64,000 nt of DNA from an uncultured Candidatus Saccharibacteria bacterium. GTDB lineage: Bacteria > Patescibacteriota > Minisyncoccia > UBA6257 > 1-14-0-10-44-23. Shown here piece by piece: positions 8,722 through 16,625 of this stretch; the first letter of the stretch is position 1, and each line of letters starts with the position of its first letter. The stretch lies in the NCBI GenBank assembly GCA_964549935.1, contig CAZJVT010000002.1:40993-104992 (forward strand), written 5' to 3'. A program made the translations under genes and the position numbers. Under the pieces are notes generated by a model. It searched no databases. It had not been told where the DNA came from and saw nothing but the letters and a program-made list of their open reading frames with translations.

Positions 8722-9141
8722 ATGGACTCAACCGCAAAAAGTGTAAAAATCGTCGCTCTCTACGTCTTCCCCGGCATCATTTTGGTTTTGATGACTATTC
8801 TTTTTATCGTCCCGATTCCTAAATCTACCGGCACGCTCGAAGGTCAAATGTCCGTCGGCCCTATCTGCCCCGTAGAACGCGTAGACACACCCTGCCCTGT
8901 GCCGCCGAGCGCCTACACCAGCCGCACCATCTTAATCTACCCAAAGGGTTCGGAAATTCTGACCGCCAGCGTCCACCCGGATGCGACCGGCGCCTACAAA
9001 ATCAAGCTCCCTGTTAATACCTACGTCGTAAAGCTCGGCCAAAATGGCATAGACAAGTCAGCAGACGTCCCACGCACAATTCACATCGATAAGGACGGCG
9101 TGACCCGGGTGGATATCGCCGTTGACACCGGAATCAGATAG
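8722..9141 (+). CDS. Hypothetical membrane-anchored protein.
   Basis: The ORF-track entry 8332-9141 overlaps tRNA-Leu. The real start is probably MDSTAKSVKIVALYVFPGIILVLMTILFIV at 8722, a TM helix followed by a soluble domain. Confidence 0.45.
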   Translation: MDSTAKSVKIVALYVFPGIILVLMTILFIVPIPKSTGTLEGQMSVGPICPVERVDTPCPVPPSAYTSRTILIYPKGSEILTASVHPDATGAYKIKLPVNTYVVKLGQNGIDKSADVPRTIHIDKDGVTRVDIAVDTGIR

Positions 9142-9187
9142 GTTCTGGATTTTTTCCGGCGAAAACGTTAGGATATAAGCTATCCCA

Positions 9188-9328
9188 GGAAGGGTGGCAG
9201 ACTTGCTCGCCTTTGGCGAGGTGGTCTCCCGCCTGAGGCGGGTAAAAACGCAACCGCACTTGTTATCGATTTGCTTGCGAGAGCTTGAGCAGCTGCAAAT
9301 CGAAATCCCGCAAAGCGGGAAAATGCGG
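9188..9328 (+). pseudogene. tRNA-Ser-like pseudo-copy (nt 1-45 of the adjacent tRNA-Ser) interrupted by four hairpin insertions.
   Basis: GGAAGGGTGGCAGA[19-nt hairpin]GTGGTCT[CCCGCCTGAGGCGGG]..ACGCA.CCGCACTTG[40-nt hairpin in the anticodon loop]AAAT[CCCGCAAAGCGGG]AAAATGCGG aligns segment by segment with tRNA-Ser(TGA) at 9400. Confidence 0.55.
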
Positions 9329-9399
9329 CGAACGATTGATAACACTGCGGAGGGTTGGCTAAGAAGTTGAAGGCGACTGTCTTGTTTCGTACATAGCGC

Positions 9400-9484
9400 G
9401 GAAGGGTGGCAGAGTGGTCTAACGCACCGCACTTGAAATGCGGCGTGCCGCAAGGCACCGTGAGTTCGAATCTCACCCCTTCCG
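9400..9484 (+). tRNA. tRNA-Ser (anticodon TGA), long variable arm.
   Basis: Acceptor GGAAGGG/CCCTTCC, anticodon loop CTTGAAA, variable arm CGTGCCGCAAGGCACCG, T-arm GTGAGTTCGAATCTCAC. A candidate promoter TTGAAG-N17-TACATA lies upstream. Confidence 0.85.
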
Positions 9485-9641
9485 CGCTATGCGGGAAAAA
9501 ATCCGTTTCGAATCCTTTTCCATCCGCAGCGTTCGTGAGTTCGAACCTCTCCATGGCAGCTTTAAAGCGAGTCTTTTAAGTGAAGCTGCCCCTGCCTACC
9601 GGCAGGCAGGCGTTTTGTCCTGCTGGCTAAAACCCCCTTCC
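9485..9641 (+). repeat. tRNA-Ser(TGA) 3'-flanking mini-element carrying the shared palindrome.
   Basis: Contains T-arm-like copies (GTGAGTTCGAACCTCTCC), the hairpin GGCAGCTT..AAGCTGCC, the palindrome CCTGCCTACCGGCAGGCAGG (9589-9608), and ends with a second copy of the tRNA 3' end, CCCCTTCCGC. Confidence 0.6.
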
Positions 9642-9679
9642 GCTAAGTCAAAATACTTCCGGCCTGCTATACTTTACCT

Positions 9680-10009
9680 ATGAAAAAGATCATACCGATC
9701 TTCGTTAATGCCTTGCCGGTACTCGTGATGATCGGACTGATTCCGCTCGTCGCAAACGACTATCTGCTCGCCGGCATCTACGTGCTTATTATTGCAATCG
9801 CGCTTTATGCGAAGCGGAAACGTAATGATGTAACCGTGTTAGTTTTTGGCTTTTTTATTATGATCGCCTCGGAGTACCTGTTTGTCAGCACGGGGGTTGA
9901 AACCTTCCAGCGTACTACCTTGCTTGGCCTAATGCCGCTATGGCTGCCGTTTTTGTGGTCCTACGGTTTTGTTTCCATTAAACGTTCTGTAGAAATCCTA
10001 AACACATGA
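9680..10009 (+). CDS. Small multi-pass membrane protein, hypothetical.
   Basis: 109-aa ORF with three predicted TM helices. Confidence 0.45.
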   Translation: MKKIIPIFVNALPVLVMIGLIPLVANDYLLAGIYVLIIAIALYAKRKRNDVTVLVFGFFIMIASEYLFVSTGVETFQRTTLLGLMPLWLPFLWSYGFVSIKRSVEILNT

Positions 10010-10629
10010 TCCTTTTTAAAGGCATTTTAATAGGGCTGCTGCTCGCCGTACCGGTTGGACCCGTGGGCGTGCTCTGCATTGAGCGCACACTGCTTAAAGG
10101 CAAGCTCTCGGGAATCTTTTCCGGGCTTGGTGCGGCAACGGCGGACGGACTCTACGCGGCAGTTGGTGCTTTTGGCATTACTATGATCTCGAGCTTTTTG
10201 GCTGCTCACGAAACACCGATTCGATTAGTCGGCGGACTTATAATCCTCTTTTTAGGACTGCAATCGTTGTTTAGTAAAGAGAAGCCGCATCCGAAAAAAC
10301 ATGAAAGTGCTCTCGAAAAAGGCGGTGATTATTTTTCGACTCTCCTACTCACGCTCACCAACCCCTCTACGATCATCACCTTTGGTATCGTCTTCACACT
10401 AACCGGTTTTGACCCGAACACAGCTACGAATTTACTCGCCCCGTCACTCATCGTCGCCGGCGTTACTATCGGCTCAATGCTCTGGTGGATTATCTTAAGC
10501 AACGGCGTTGTGTTTCTTTCGAAGAAAATACCCAACTTCTCGCTGGATATCGTCAAAAAGATTGGCGGTATTTTAATTGTTGTCTTCGCGCTCATTATCC
10601 TCGCCGGACTCCGCCATGGCGGTATTTAA
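10006..10629 (+). CDS. LysE/RhtB-family amino-acid exporter.
   Basis: N-terminal signature GILIGLLLAVPVGPVG...ADGLYA and a 6-TM topology. Confidence 0.75.
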   Translation: MILFKGILIGLLLAVPVGPVGVLCIERTLLKGKLSGIFSGLGAATADGLYAAVGAFGITMISSFLAAHETPIRLVGGLIILFLGLQSLFSKEKPHPKKHESALEKGGDYFSTLLLTLTNPSTIITFGIVFTLTGFDPNTATNLLAPSLIVAGVTIGSMLWWIILSNGVVFLSKKIPNFSLDIVKKIGGILIVVFALIILAGLRHGGI

Positions 10630-10630
10630 T

Positions 10631-10909
10631 ATGACCAAGGTTCCTGCCGGCACCCCCTTCCAACAAAAAGTTTGGCGCGCCCTTCTCAGCATCCCGAAAG
10701 GCCAAACTCGTACCTACACCCAAATCGCCCGGCAGATAGGCCACCCAAAGGCCTACCGGGCAGTGGCGAATGCGTGTGCTGCCAACCCAATGTTAATCAC
10801 CGTCCCTTGCCACCGAGCCGTCGGCTCGAATGGAAATCTTGGAGGCTACTCCGGAAAAGGTGGGGTGAAAACCAAAAAAGCCCTACTTAAAAAGGAAGGG
10901 GCACTTTAA
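10631..10909 (+). CDS. ogt: Methylated-DNA--protein-cysteine methyltransferase (Ogt/MGMT DNA-binding domain).
   Basis: FQQKVW..L..IP.G.T.TY..IA...G.P.A.RAV..A...NP....VPCHRAV with the PCHR active-site cysteine. An alternative ATG at 10616 overlaps the lysE stop. Confidence 0.8.
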   Translation: MTKVPAGTPFQQKVWRALLSIPKGQTRTYTQIARQIGHPKAYRAVANACAANPMLITVPCHRAVGSNGNLGGYSGKGGVKTKKALLKKEGAL

Positions 10910-10912
10910 ACG

Positions 10913-11131
10913 TTACTCTAGTTCATTCATCAGAGAACGGATATCATCGTAGGCACGCCCAACATACTTTTTTAAGCCGCGCAAATTCTCTGCTGCCTCT
11001 TCTCCGGTCGCCGGACGGCGCCCGGCATAGTACTCAATCACATCCCGATAGATTGTATCGTTGATTATCCGCGCTCGGCGAATGATATCATTTTGTTTTG
11101 CCTGCGCTCCCTGTGCATCAAAGTCTGCCAT
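10913..11131 (-). CDS. Hypothetical small protein.
   Basis: 72-aa ORF with no recognisable domain. Confidence 0.35.
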   Translation of the reverse strand: MADFDAQGAQAKQNDIIRRARIINDTIYRDVIEYYAGRRPATGEEAAENLRGLKKYVGRAYDDIRSLMNELE

Positions 11132-11152
11132 ATGTTAAGTGAAAATAAATAA

Positions 11153-12097
11153 TTACAATTTTGACGGGGTCGGACGGACCGGATACAAGTCGGCGTCGAT
11201 CGTGCGAGTAAAGCAAGTACGTCCACCGCCGTGCACCCACGTGTCATTGCCGGCGCCCGTAATCGGCTTGGTGATACCCTGCGCGTCTACGCTCTGCAGG
11301 CCGAAGGTAGCGCACAGTTCAAACACCGTGGCTCCAGTTGGCTTATATTCGTATTGCAACTGCTTTGTGACGAACTCCGGGTCAACCGGCACCATATAAC
11401 CGGAAATCGGGTCCTGGAGGCTATCTAAGCTCTTTGGAAGTGATCCTTTGCTCTGCCAGTAATTTACTATCTGCCACTGGATGTTTTGCAGGTCACCGAC
11501 GCGTTGACTGTCGTATTGACGAATGCGAGCGGTCGTTGGACTACCGACAATAAAGAATCCACCGACAACAGTTGCGAGAACAAGAGCGAGGGCGGCATAG
11601 CGAAACACTCCGCGTTGCGGAGCCTTTTTGCCGGCGTCACGCCGCAGCTCGTAGAAGTAGTACCCGAAGACCAGTGAGGCAACGACGGCCACGGAAAGAA
11701 CTTTCAGGAAGAAAGTCGGCGCAAACTCGCCAGAGAGGAACTGATAGATAAGAGCGATGAGATCGGCGATAAGGGCAATGGCGGCGAGCGAAAGAGTGAT
11801 ATACATCATCCACTTGCGGATGCGCAGCTCACGCTTTTCCGGATGTGCCTCCAGGTCTTTATTAAGCGAGTGCGTTATCCACACGTATACCGGGAAGACG
11901 ATAACCAAGCTGGCGATTGCCCAGCGCATCGAACCGCTAAACCAGGCGCTATCACCGCCGTAGTAACTCGTGGTGCCGAAACTGTAGTTAATGTAATCGT
12001 AGAGCAGGCTGACAAGCCATCCGGCACAGTAGTAAAGACCTAAGTTTGAAAGCAGGTGCAAAAAGAAGTCCTTTGGTGAAGTTTTAATGTGTTCCAT
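11153..12097 (-). CDS. Membrane protein with an N-terminal multi-TM domain and a C-terminal soluble domain (DUF5671-like).
   Basis: Four TM helices followed by a ~170-aa extracytoplasmic domain. Confidence 0.5.
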   Translation of the reverse strand: MEHIKTSPKDFFLHLLSNLGLYYCAGWLVSLLYDYINYSFGTTSYYGGDSAWFSGSMRWAIASLVIVFPVYVWITHSLNKDLEAHPEKRELRIRKWMMYITLSLAAIALIADLIALIYQFLSGEFAPTFFLKVLSVAVVASLVFGYYFYELRRDAGKKAPQRGVFRYAALALVLATVVGGFFIVGSPTTARIRQYDSQRVGDLQNIQWQIVNYWQSKGSLPKSLDSLQDPISGYMVPVDPEFVTKQLQYEYKPTGATVFELCATFGLQSVDAQGITKPITGAGNDTWVHGGGRTCFTRTIDADLYPVRPTPSKL

Positions 12098-12187
12098 ATC
12101 TCTCTAGTATACGACGTATGGTCGTCTTTGACTATTACAGCTAGGAGGGTGTATAAAAGAATAAGTCCCGAACCAAGAGGAGAGCTC

Positions 12188-12520
12188 ATGACGACTGTCG
12201 CAGAGAGGGCCACTCCGGCCCTACCCGGCTGGGCATGCTGGTGCAATGCAATGAACCCGGAAGAACTTCAGAAGAAGGCTCCGGATCACCGTGGCAACGA
12301 GTGCCACTTGTGTGCATGCGGTCTCTGGGTACCGACCGGCACCTACCCCGCGCACCTCGTGGACCAGCACTCGATCCCCGCGCCGGATACGCAAACCACC
12401 GAGCCTGCGGCTTGCCCGGGCGTCTGCCACAAGACGACCTTCCCGGATCAGGCCTGCGAAGCACGTTGCTGCAGTGCGTGCTCCAGACACGTGATCTCTT
12501 CACCGTCACACGGCTTCTGA
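12188..12520 (+). CDS. High-GC cassette gene A: small Cys-rich protein (13 Cys in 110 aa).
   Basis: ATG preceded by AGGAGAGCTC. About 65% GC with GC3 bias. Cys motifs CWC, CHLCAC, CPGVCH, CEARCCSACS. Flanked by GC hairpins. Confidence 0.5.
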   Translation: MTTVAERATPALPGWACWCNAMNPEELQKKAPDHRGNECHLCACGLWVPTGTYPAHLVDQHSIPAPDTQTTEPAACPGVCHKTTFPDQACEARCCSACSRHVISSPSHGF

Positions 12521-12629
12521 TCTCAGAGCCGGTCCGGTGAAGCCAGCGCGACGCAATCGGAAGCGTCGCAGCAAGAACGAGACCGTTCCCTGCTACGAGC
12601 CGGGGCGGTCTCGTAGCACAATTGAGCAA

Positions 12630-13313
12630 CTATTTGTGATGTCGCGCCCGGTCCGAAACAATAACGCCGTCTTTGAGCGTAATAATGCGCTGTGCTTTGC
12701 TCGCATACTCCTCTTCGTGAGTAACCATAATAATGGTTTGTCCACTTTTGTGCAGTTCAATAAAGGAATCAATAACTGGACCGGCGCTTGCAGAGTCTAA
12801 GTTAGCGGTCGGCTCATCGGCAAATAAAATCTGCGGTTCGTGCGCAATAGCGCGAGCGATAGCGACACGCTGCTGCTGCCCGCCGGAAAGTTGGCTGGGC
12901 TTGTTGCCAAGCTTGTCGGCGAGATTCACGCGCTCAAGCGCCTTAATCGCTTTTGCTCGCGAATCGGCAGAACTCATTCCTGCGACATTCATAGGCAACA
13001 TAACGTTTTCGAGCGCGGTTAACTCCGGTAAGAGCGCGTAGTCTTGAAAAACGTAGCCGAGCTTATTAAGTCGGAGTGCGGTTTTATCAACTTCGCTGAG
13101 CGTCGAGGTCTTGTGGTCATCCAAATACACCTCCCCTTGCGTAGGATTATCGAGCAGCGAGAGTTGGTAGAGCAGTGTCGACTTACCAGCGCCAGAAGGA
13201 CCGATAATGGCGACAAATTCGCCGTCTTTGATTTCAACGTCGATATCTTTAAGCACCGTCACCTCCAAGTCTCCCTTACCGTATTTTTTTACTAATCCTT
13301 TTGCTCTGATCAT
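12630..13313 (-). CDS. ABC transporter ATP-binding protein (MacB/LolD type).
   Basis: Walker [10 protein letters not shown], signature [14 protein letters not shown], Walker B ILFADEPT. Confidence 0.9.
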   Translation of the reverse strand: MIRAKGLVKKYGKGDLEVTVLKDIDVEIKDGEFVAIIGPSGAGKSTLLYQLSLLDNPTQGEVYLDDHKTSTLSEVDKTALRLNKLGYVFQDYALLPELTALENVMLPMNVAGMSSADSRAKAIKALERVNLADKLGNKPSQLSGGQQQRVAIARAIAHEPQILFADEPTANLDSASAGPVIDSFIELHKSGQTIIMVTHEEEYASKAQRIITLKDGVIVSDRARHHK

Positions 13314-13317
13314 ATAA

Positions 13318-14643
13318 TTAGCGACCTAAAATTGCATCAAGTGTATTGCGACGGACAATCATTTTTGCGGGGATATAACCGGCGATAAGCGTTACGATGA
13401 GCAAAATACCGACACGAAGCATCGCTCCTCCGGCAGTTGCGACGAGAATGCCGTCTGAAAACGGAAAATCAATTGGGTTCGCATCAAAGTAGGGCTTCAA
13501 GACTCCGAAGGTCATTAGCAGTCCAGCGACAGAACCAATCAGACCGTAAATGATGGCTTGAAAAATATATGAGAGCTCGATAATTTTTGGACTGATACCG
13601 ATGCCTTTCATAATGCCGATAAACTTACGCTTCGTAATGGCATTAATGAAGATAACGATAAAAATCGTGGTCGCCGCTACGACAAGCGCGATTGACGAAA
13701 GACCGTTACCCAGAATTCCGAAGGTTGTTTCGATATCGTGCAAGAACGAAGGAATCGCCTCAAGCGAGGTCTGCGGGCGTGACTGATACGGACCCATAAA
13801 GTCTTTTATCTCAGCGACAAGTGTCGGCCCATAAGCCTCGTCGGTTTTAATGGCAATCTCCTGATACTGCTCTTTATTAACCGGTAACATACGCTTGAGC
13901 TCCTTGGCGGGAATAAACATACGCGTAGAAATCTGGTCAACCTTACTCTTAACGATGCCTTTGATGATGAATTCTTTGCTGATTGGATCGCCGCCGGCAT
14001 TACTAATAGTAAGTCGCACGCGATCACCCACTTCAACATCACTTAACAGGTCCAAGCCCGGAATATTCGCATCCGCAAACGTTGAATACTTCTTTAGCAT
14101 ATTGGCGCCAAGCAGCGCATAGCCTTCCTCGTTGTCATTAAGCATCTCACCGTACTTAATAAAGCGCGAGAAGCCGGTCAGTTTTTCTTCGTTCGGCAAA
14201 TCAATGCCGACGACGCTGATACCAATCTTGTTGGTACGCTCTCCTTTGTTTGGCAGATCGTTTAAGGTGCCTAGGAGCTGGCCGTTAACGGTGTAGCGGG
14301 CTGAAATTGCCTGAATGCGGGGATCACTGTGTAAATACGAGAGTAGCGCCGGTGAGTTTTCGATATAGTCCTGTTTGGCAGCTGCGGTAACAATCACCTC
14401 CCCGGAGTAACTCTGGCGAAAAGCCTGGAACGAGCCGGCGATGAGTCCACGCAGCAACCCGGAAACGACGACGAGGTTTAAAAACGTAAGCACCATAATG
14501 AATACGATGAGACCCGTCGTCCACTTACTGGCGTGTCGAATACTGCGGATGGCTAGAAACCAACCGACGGAGAGCGCAATTTTATACTCCTTTAAAAACC
14601 TCGTAATTCTTCGCATGGATACGTCATTTAGTCCCAACCACAA
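13318..14643 (-). CDS. ABC transporter permease, FtsX/MacB type, with a large periplasmic domain.
   Basis: N-terminal TM helix, ~250-aa periplasmic domain, and a C-terminal FtsX 3-TM bundle. Confidence 0.85.
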   Translation of the reverse strand: MWLGLNDVSMRRITRFLKEYKIALSVGWFLAIRSIRHASKWTTGLIVFIMVLTFLNLVVVSGLLRGLIAGSFQAFRQSYSGEVIVTAAAKQDYIENSPALLSYLHSDPRIQAISARYTVNGQLLGTLNDLPNKGERTNKIGISVVGIDLPNEEKLTGFSRFIKYGEMLNDNEEGYALLGANMLKKYSTFADANIPGLDLLSDVEVGDRVRLTISNAGGDPISKEFIIKGIVKSKVDQISTRMFIPAKELKRMLPVNKEQYQEIAIKTDEAYGPTLVAEIKDFMGPYQSRPQTSLEAIPSFLHDIETTFGILGNGLSSIALVVAATTIFIVIFINAITKRKFIGIMKGIGISPKIIELSYIFQAIIYGLIGSVAGLLMTFGVLKPYFDANPIDFPFSDGILVATAGGAMLRVGILLIVTLIAGYIPAKMIVRRNTLDAILGR

Positions 14644-16138
14644 CCGTAGCTCCCTCAGTCAGTCCGTCCGTGATCTCAATACTGCTGTCGTTACCACGCA
14701 AGCCAAGCTTGACGGTGAGCTCGCTCGGTTTGCCGTCAACTAAAATACTGACTGTACCCTCGCCGTTCTTGGCCTTCACGGCTCGCTGTGGAACTTTTAA
14801 CACGTCGTCATGTTTCGCAGTCAGAACTGAAAGCTCCGCCGTCATTCCGGAACGAATACCTTCGTCCGGCGCAGTCAGCTGGAACTTCACTTTATAGGTC
14901 GCAATGCCGTCAACAACGGTTTCAGCCGGATCAATTTCCGTGACAATAGCATCGAATGTCTTATCCTTTCCATAGGCATCAAGCTTAACACTCGTCGGAT
15001 TGCCGACCTTAATTTTAGCGATATCAACCTCGGGTACGTTCGCAACTATTTCAAGGCCGCCCTCGCCAATCAGGTAATAAACCTGGTCTGTTTTGCTCAC
15101 GAGCTCACCAACCTGCTTGCTCTTGGTGGCAATAGTTCCCGAAAATGGAGCACGTAGATATGCATCCGACAAGTTTTGTTCGGCGATAGCAAACGTAGCT
15201 TGAGCTTTTTCTAAGTTTGCTTCAGCGGTGCGATACGAAGCACTCGAAGAATTTACATTCAAGCCGTTTTTAACCTTTGTGTCGTTAATGTTTGAAGCGG
15301 TTGTCGTCTGCTTCGAGATGGCGGAGTTAAGATTCGTTTGCGCGGTGGCGAGTGAATCTTTGTACGACTGTAGTGTTGTAGCGCTGATTGAACCCGCCGG
15401 GACGCTAGCGACGGCATTAATAAGAATAGTCAGACTCGTTTTGATTTTCTGAAGCGGCGTAGCGATTTTTACAAGCGCGGCGTCAACCTGGGCAGGTGTC
15501 GCCGTTGAGGGGAAGTTTTCTGCGGCGGTGCGAAGTACTGCCATTGCATCATCAGCCGCCTCCTTACCGTTGTTTGCGTCAACGATCAGCTGGCTGTTTA
15601 GAATTGGACTGGCAACGCTCGGGATCAATCTGTCACTTGTATCGTAAAATGCCGAGAGACTAGCGTAAGCCTGCTGCGTTAAATTTACAATATCTGCAAT
15701 CGTTTGTGGCGCTTCTGTATATAAGAGTGTTAGCGCCTGATTGTTTTTCACTGTTGTGTCACCTACATCCTGATCGCTATTTTCTAAAGCAACCTGCGCA
15801 GTAGTGACATCAGCACGCGCCTTCGTAACCTCCTTCGAGAGCGACGAAGTATCGAGTATCGCAAGTGTTTGTCCGGCGACAACTTTATTGCCGACATCTA
15901 CCAGCGTTTTAGCAATAACGCCGTCCAATTTAAAACGTAATGAGGCATAAGCCTTAGGTTTCACCTGCCCGGTAGCGGCTATGGCTTCGGTAACAGTACC
16001 CCTACTTACTATGGCTGTTTCATAAGTTACGGGTTGGGCCTTACCAAACAAAAAATAAATGACAACAACAGCGACAACTAAATAGGTAACGCGACGAACC
16101 CACTTCTTTGCCCAAAGAGCTTTAATTCGATTTTTCAT
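14624..16138 (-). CDS. HlyD/MacA-family periplasmic adaptor with an extended coiled-coil hairpin.
   Basis: Start set at MKNRIKALWAKKW (ATG at 16136-16138). Contains a TM anchor, a lipoyl-like beta domain (YLRAPFSGTIA) and a very long heptad region. The upstream 138 aa of the ORF-track entry are an artefactual extension. Confidence 0.75.
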   Translation of the reverse strand: MKNRIKALWAKKWVRRVTYLVVAVVVIYFLFGKAQPVTYETAIVSRGTVTEAIAATGQVKPKAYASLRFKLDGVIAKTLVDVGNKVVAGQTLAILDTSSLSKEVTKARADVTTAQVALENSDQDVGDTTVKNNQALTLLYTEAPQTIADIVNLTQQAYASLSAFYDTSDRLIPSVASPILNSQLIVDANNGKEAADDAMAVLRTAAENFPSTATPAQVDAALVKIATPLQKIKTSLTILINAVASVPAGSISATTLQSYKDSLATAQTNLNSAISKQTTTASNINDTKVKNGLNVNSSSASYRTAEANLEKAQATFAIAEQNLSDAYLRAPFSGTIATKSKQVGELVSKTDQVYYLIGEGGLEIVANVPEVDIAKIKVGNPTSVKLDAYGKDKTFDAIVTEIDPAETVVDGIATYKVKFQLTAPDEGIRSGMTAELSVLTAKHDDVLKVPQRAVKAKNGEGTVSILVDGKPSELTVKLGLRGNDSSIEITDGLTEGATVVVGTK

Positions 16139-16223
16139 AGTAAAAGTATGTAGGTGCCATTTTAGCATAAACAAGCTTATTTTGCATAGAATACCAAGAT
16201 TAAAATGTGATATACTTTCTTTC

Positions 16224-16619
16224 ATGGAACCAAAGATGAACACAGAGGCATTCCACCAGGAAATTGCTGACCTAGAAGCCAAGCTTGCGGCAAAAAAACA
16301 GGAACTGATGCAATCGGGCGCCGAAACTCCCGAAAAGCAAGTTTTTAAGGAGGTTATCCGCGAGCATGCCTTCACGAGCGAAATTCCGGCAGTCGGTACA
16401 TCAACTGCGAGCCAGCAAGCCGTAGCTCCCCGCGTAGCAACGCATGACGAGGAACAGAAAATCGCAACCTTAATCGCGCAGGCCTTCACTAAAGGGATTG
16501 CCATCGCTGTGGCAGCCGCTCGAAAATTTGGAGACCCGTTTCTTATCGACATGCTGCACGACCGCTTGGCGGATGAGTACTACCAGAAGCTGCTCACTGC
16601 GCGAAAAATTAACCAATAG
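16224..16619 (+). CDS. Hypothetical soluble protein with an N-terminal coiled-coil.
   Basis: ORF immediately upstream of, and probably co-transcribed with, the TraG/VirD4-like ATPase. Confidence 0.45.
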   Translation: MEPKMNTEAFHQEIADLEAKLAAKKQELMQSGAETPEKQVFKEVIREHAFTSEIPAVGTSTASQQAVAPRVATHDEEQKIATLIAQAFTKGIAIAVAAARKFGDPFLIDMLHDRLADEYYQKLLTARKINQ

Positions 16620-16625
16620 GGCTCC

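Noticed and set aside
8332-9141. 269-aa plus-strand ORF starting inside tRNA-Leu and running through the terminator repeats.
   Set aside because: The 5' two-thirds overlap a tRNA, two terminators and the mini-element, and translate to low-complexity junk. Only the last 139 aa (from 8722) look like a real membrane-protein gene.
9180-9554. Minus-strand ORFs overlapping tRNA-Ser(TGA) and its flanking elements (and similar ORFs at 34789-35289, 24298-24588, 26416-26637).
   Set aside because: They are read through tRNA genes and palindromic repeats on the wrong strand, with no start context and repeat-driven low complexity.
12186-12629. Multiple overlapping 70-150-aa ORFs on both strands of the 12.1-12.6 kb GC island.
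   Set aside because: High GC suppresses stop codons in all frames. Only the frame with the AGGAG ribosome-binding site and Cys-pattern conservation (12188-12520) is taken as coding.
14624-16552. 642-aa version of the HlyD-like adaptor from the ORF track.
   Set aside because: The first 138 aa are Cys/Ser-rich nonsense with no signal or TM logic. The family-typical TM anchor starts at MKNRIKALWAKKW (16138).
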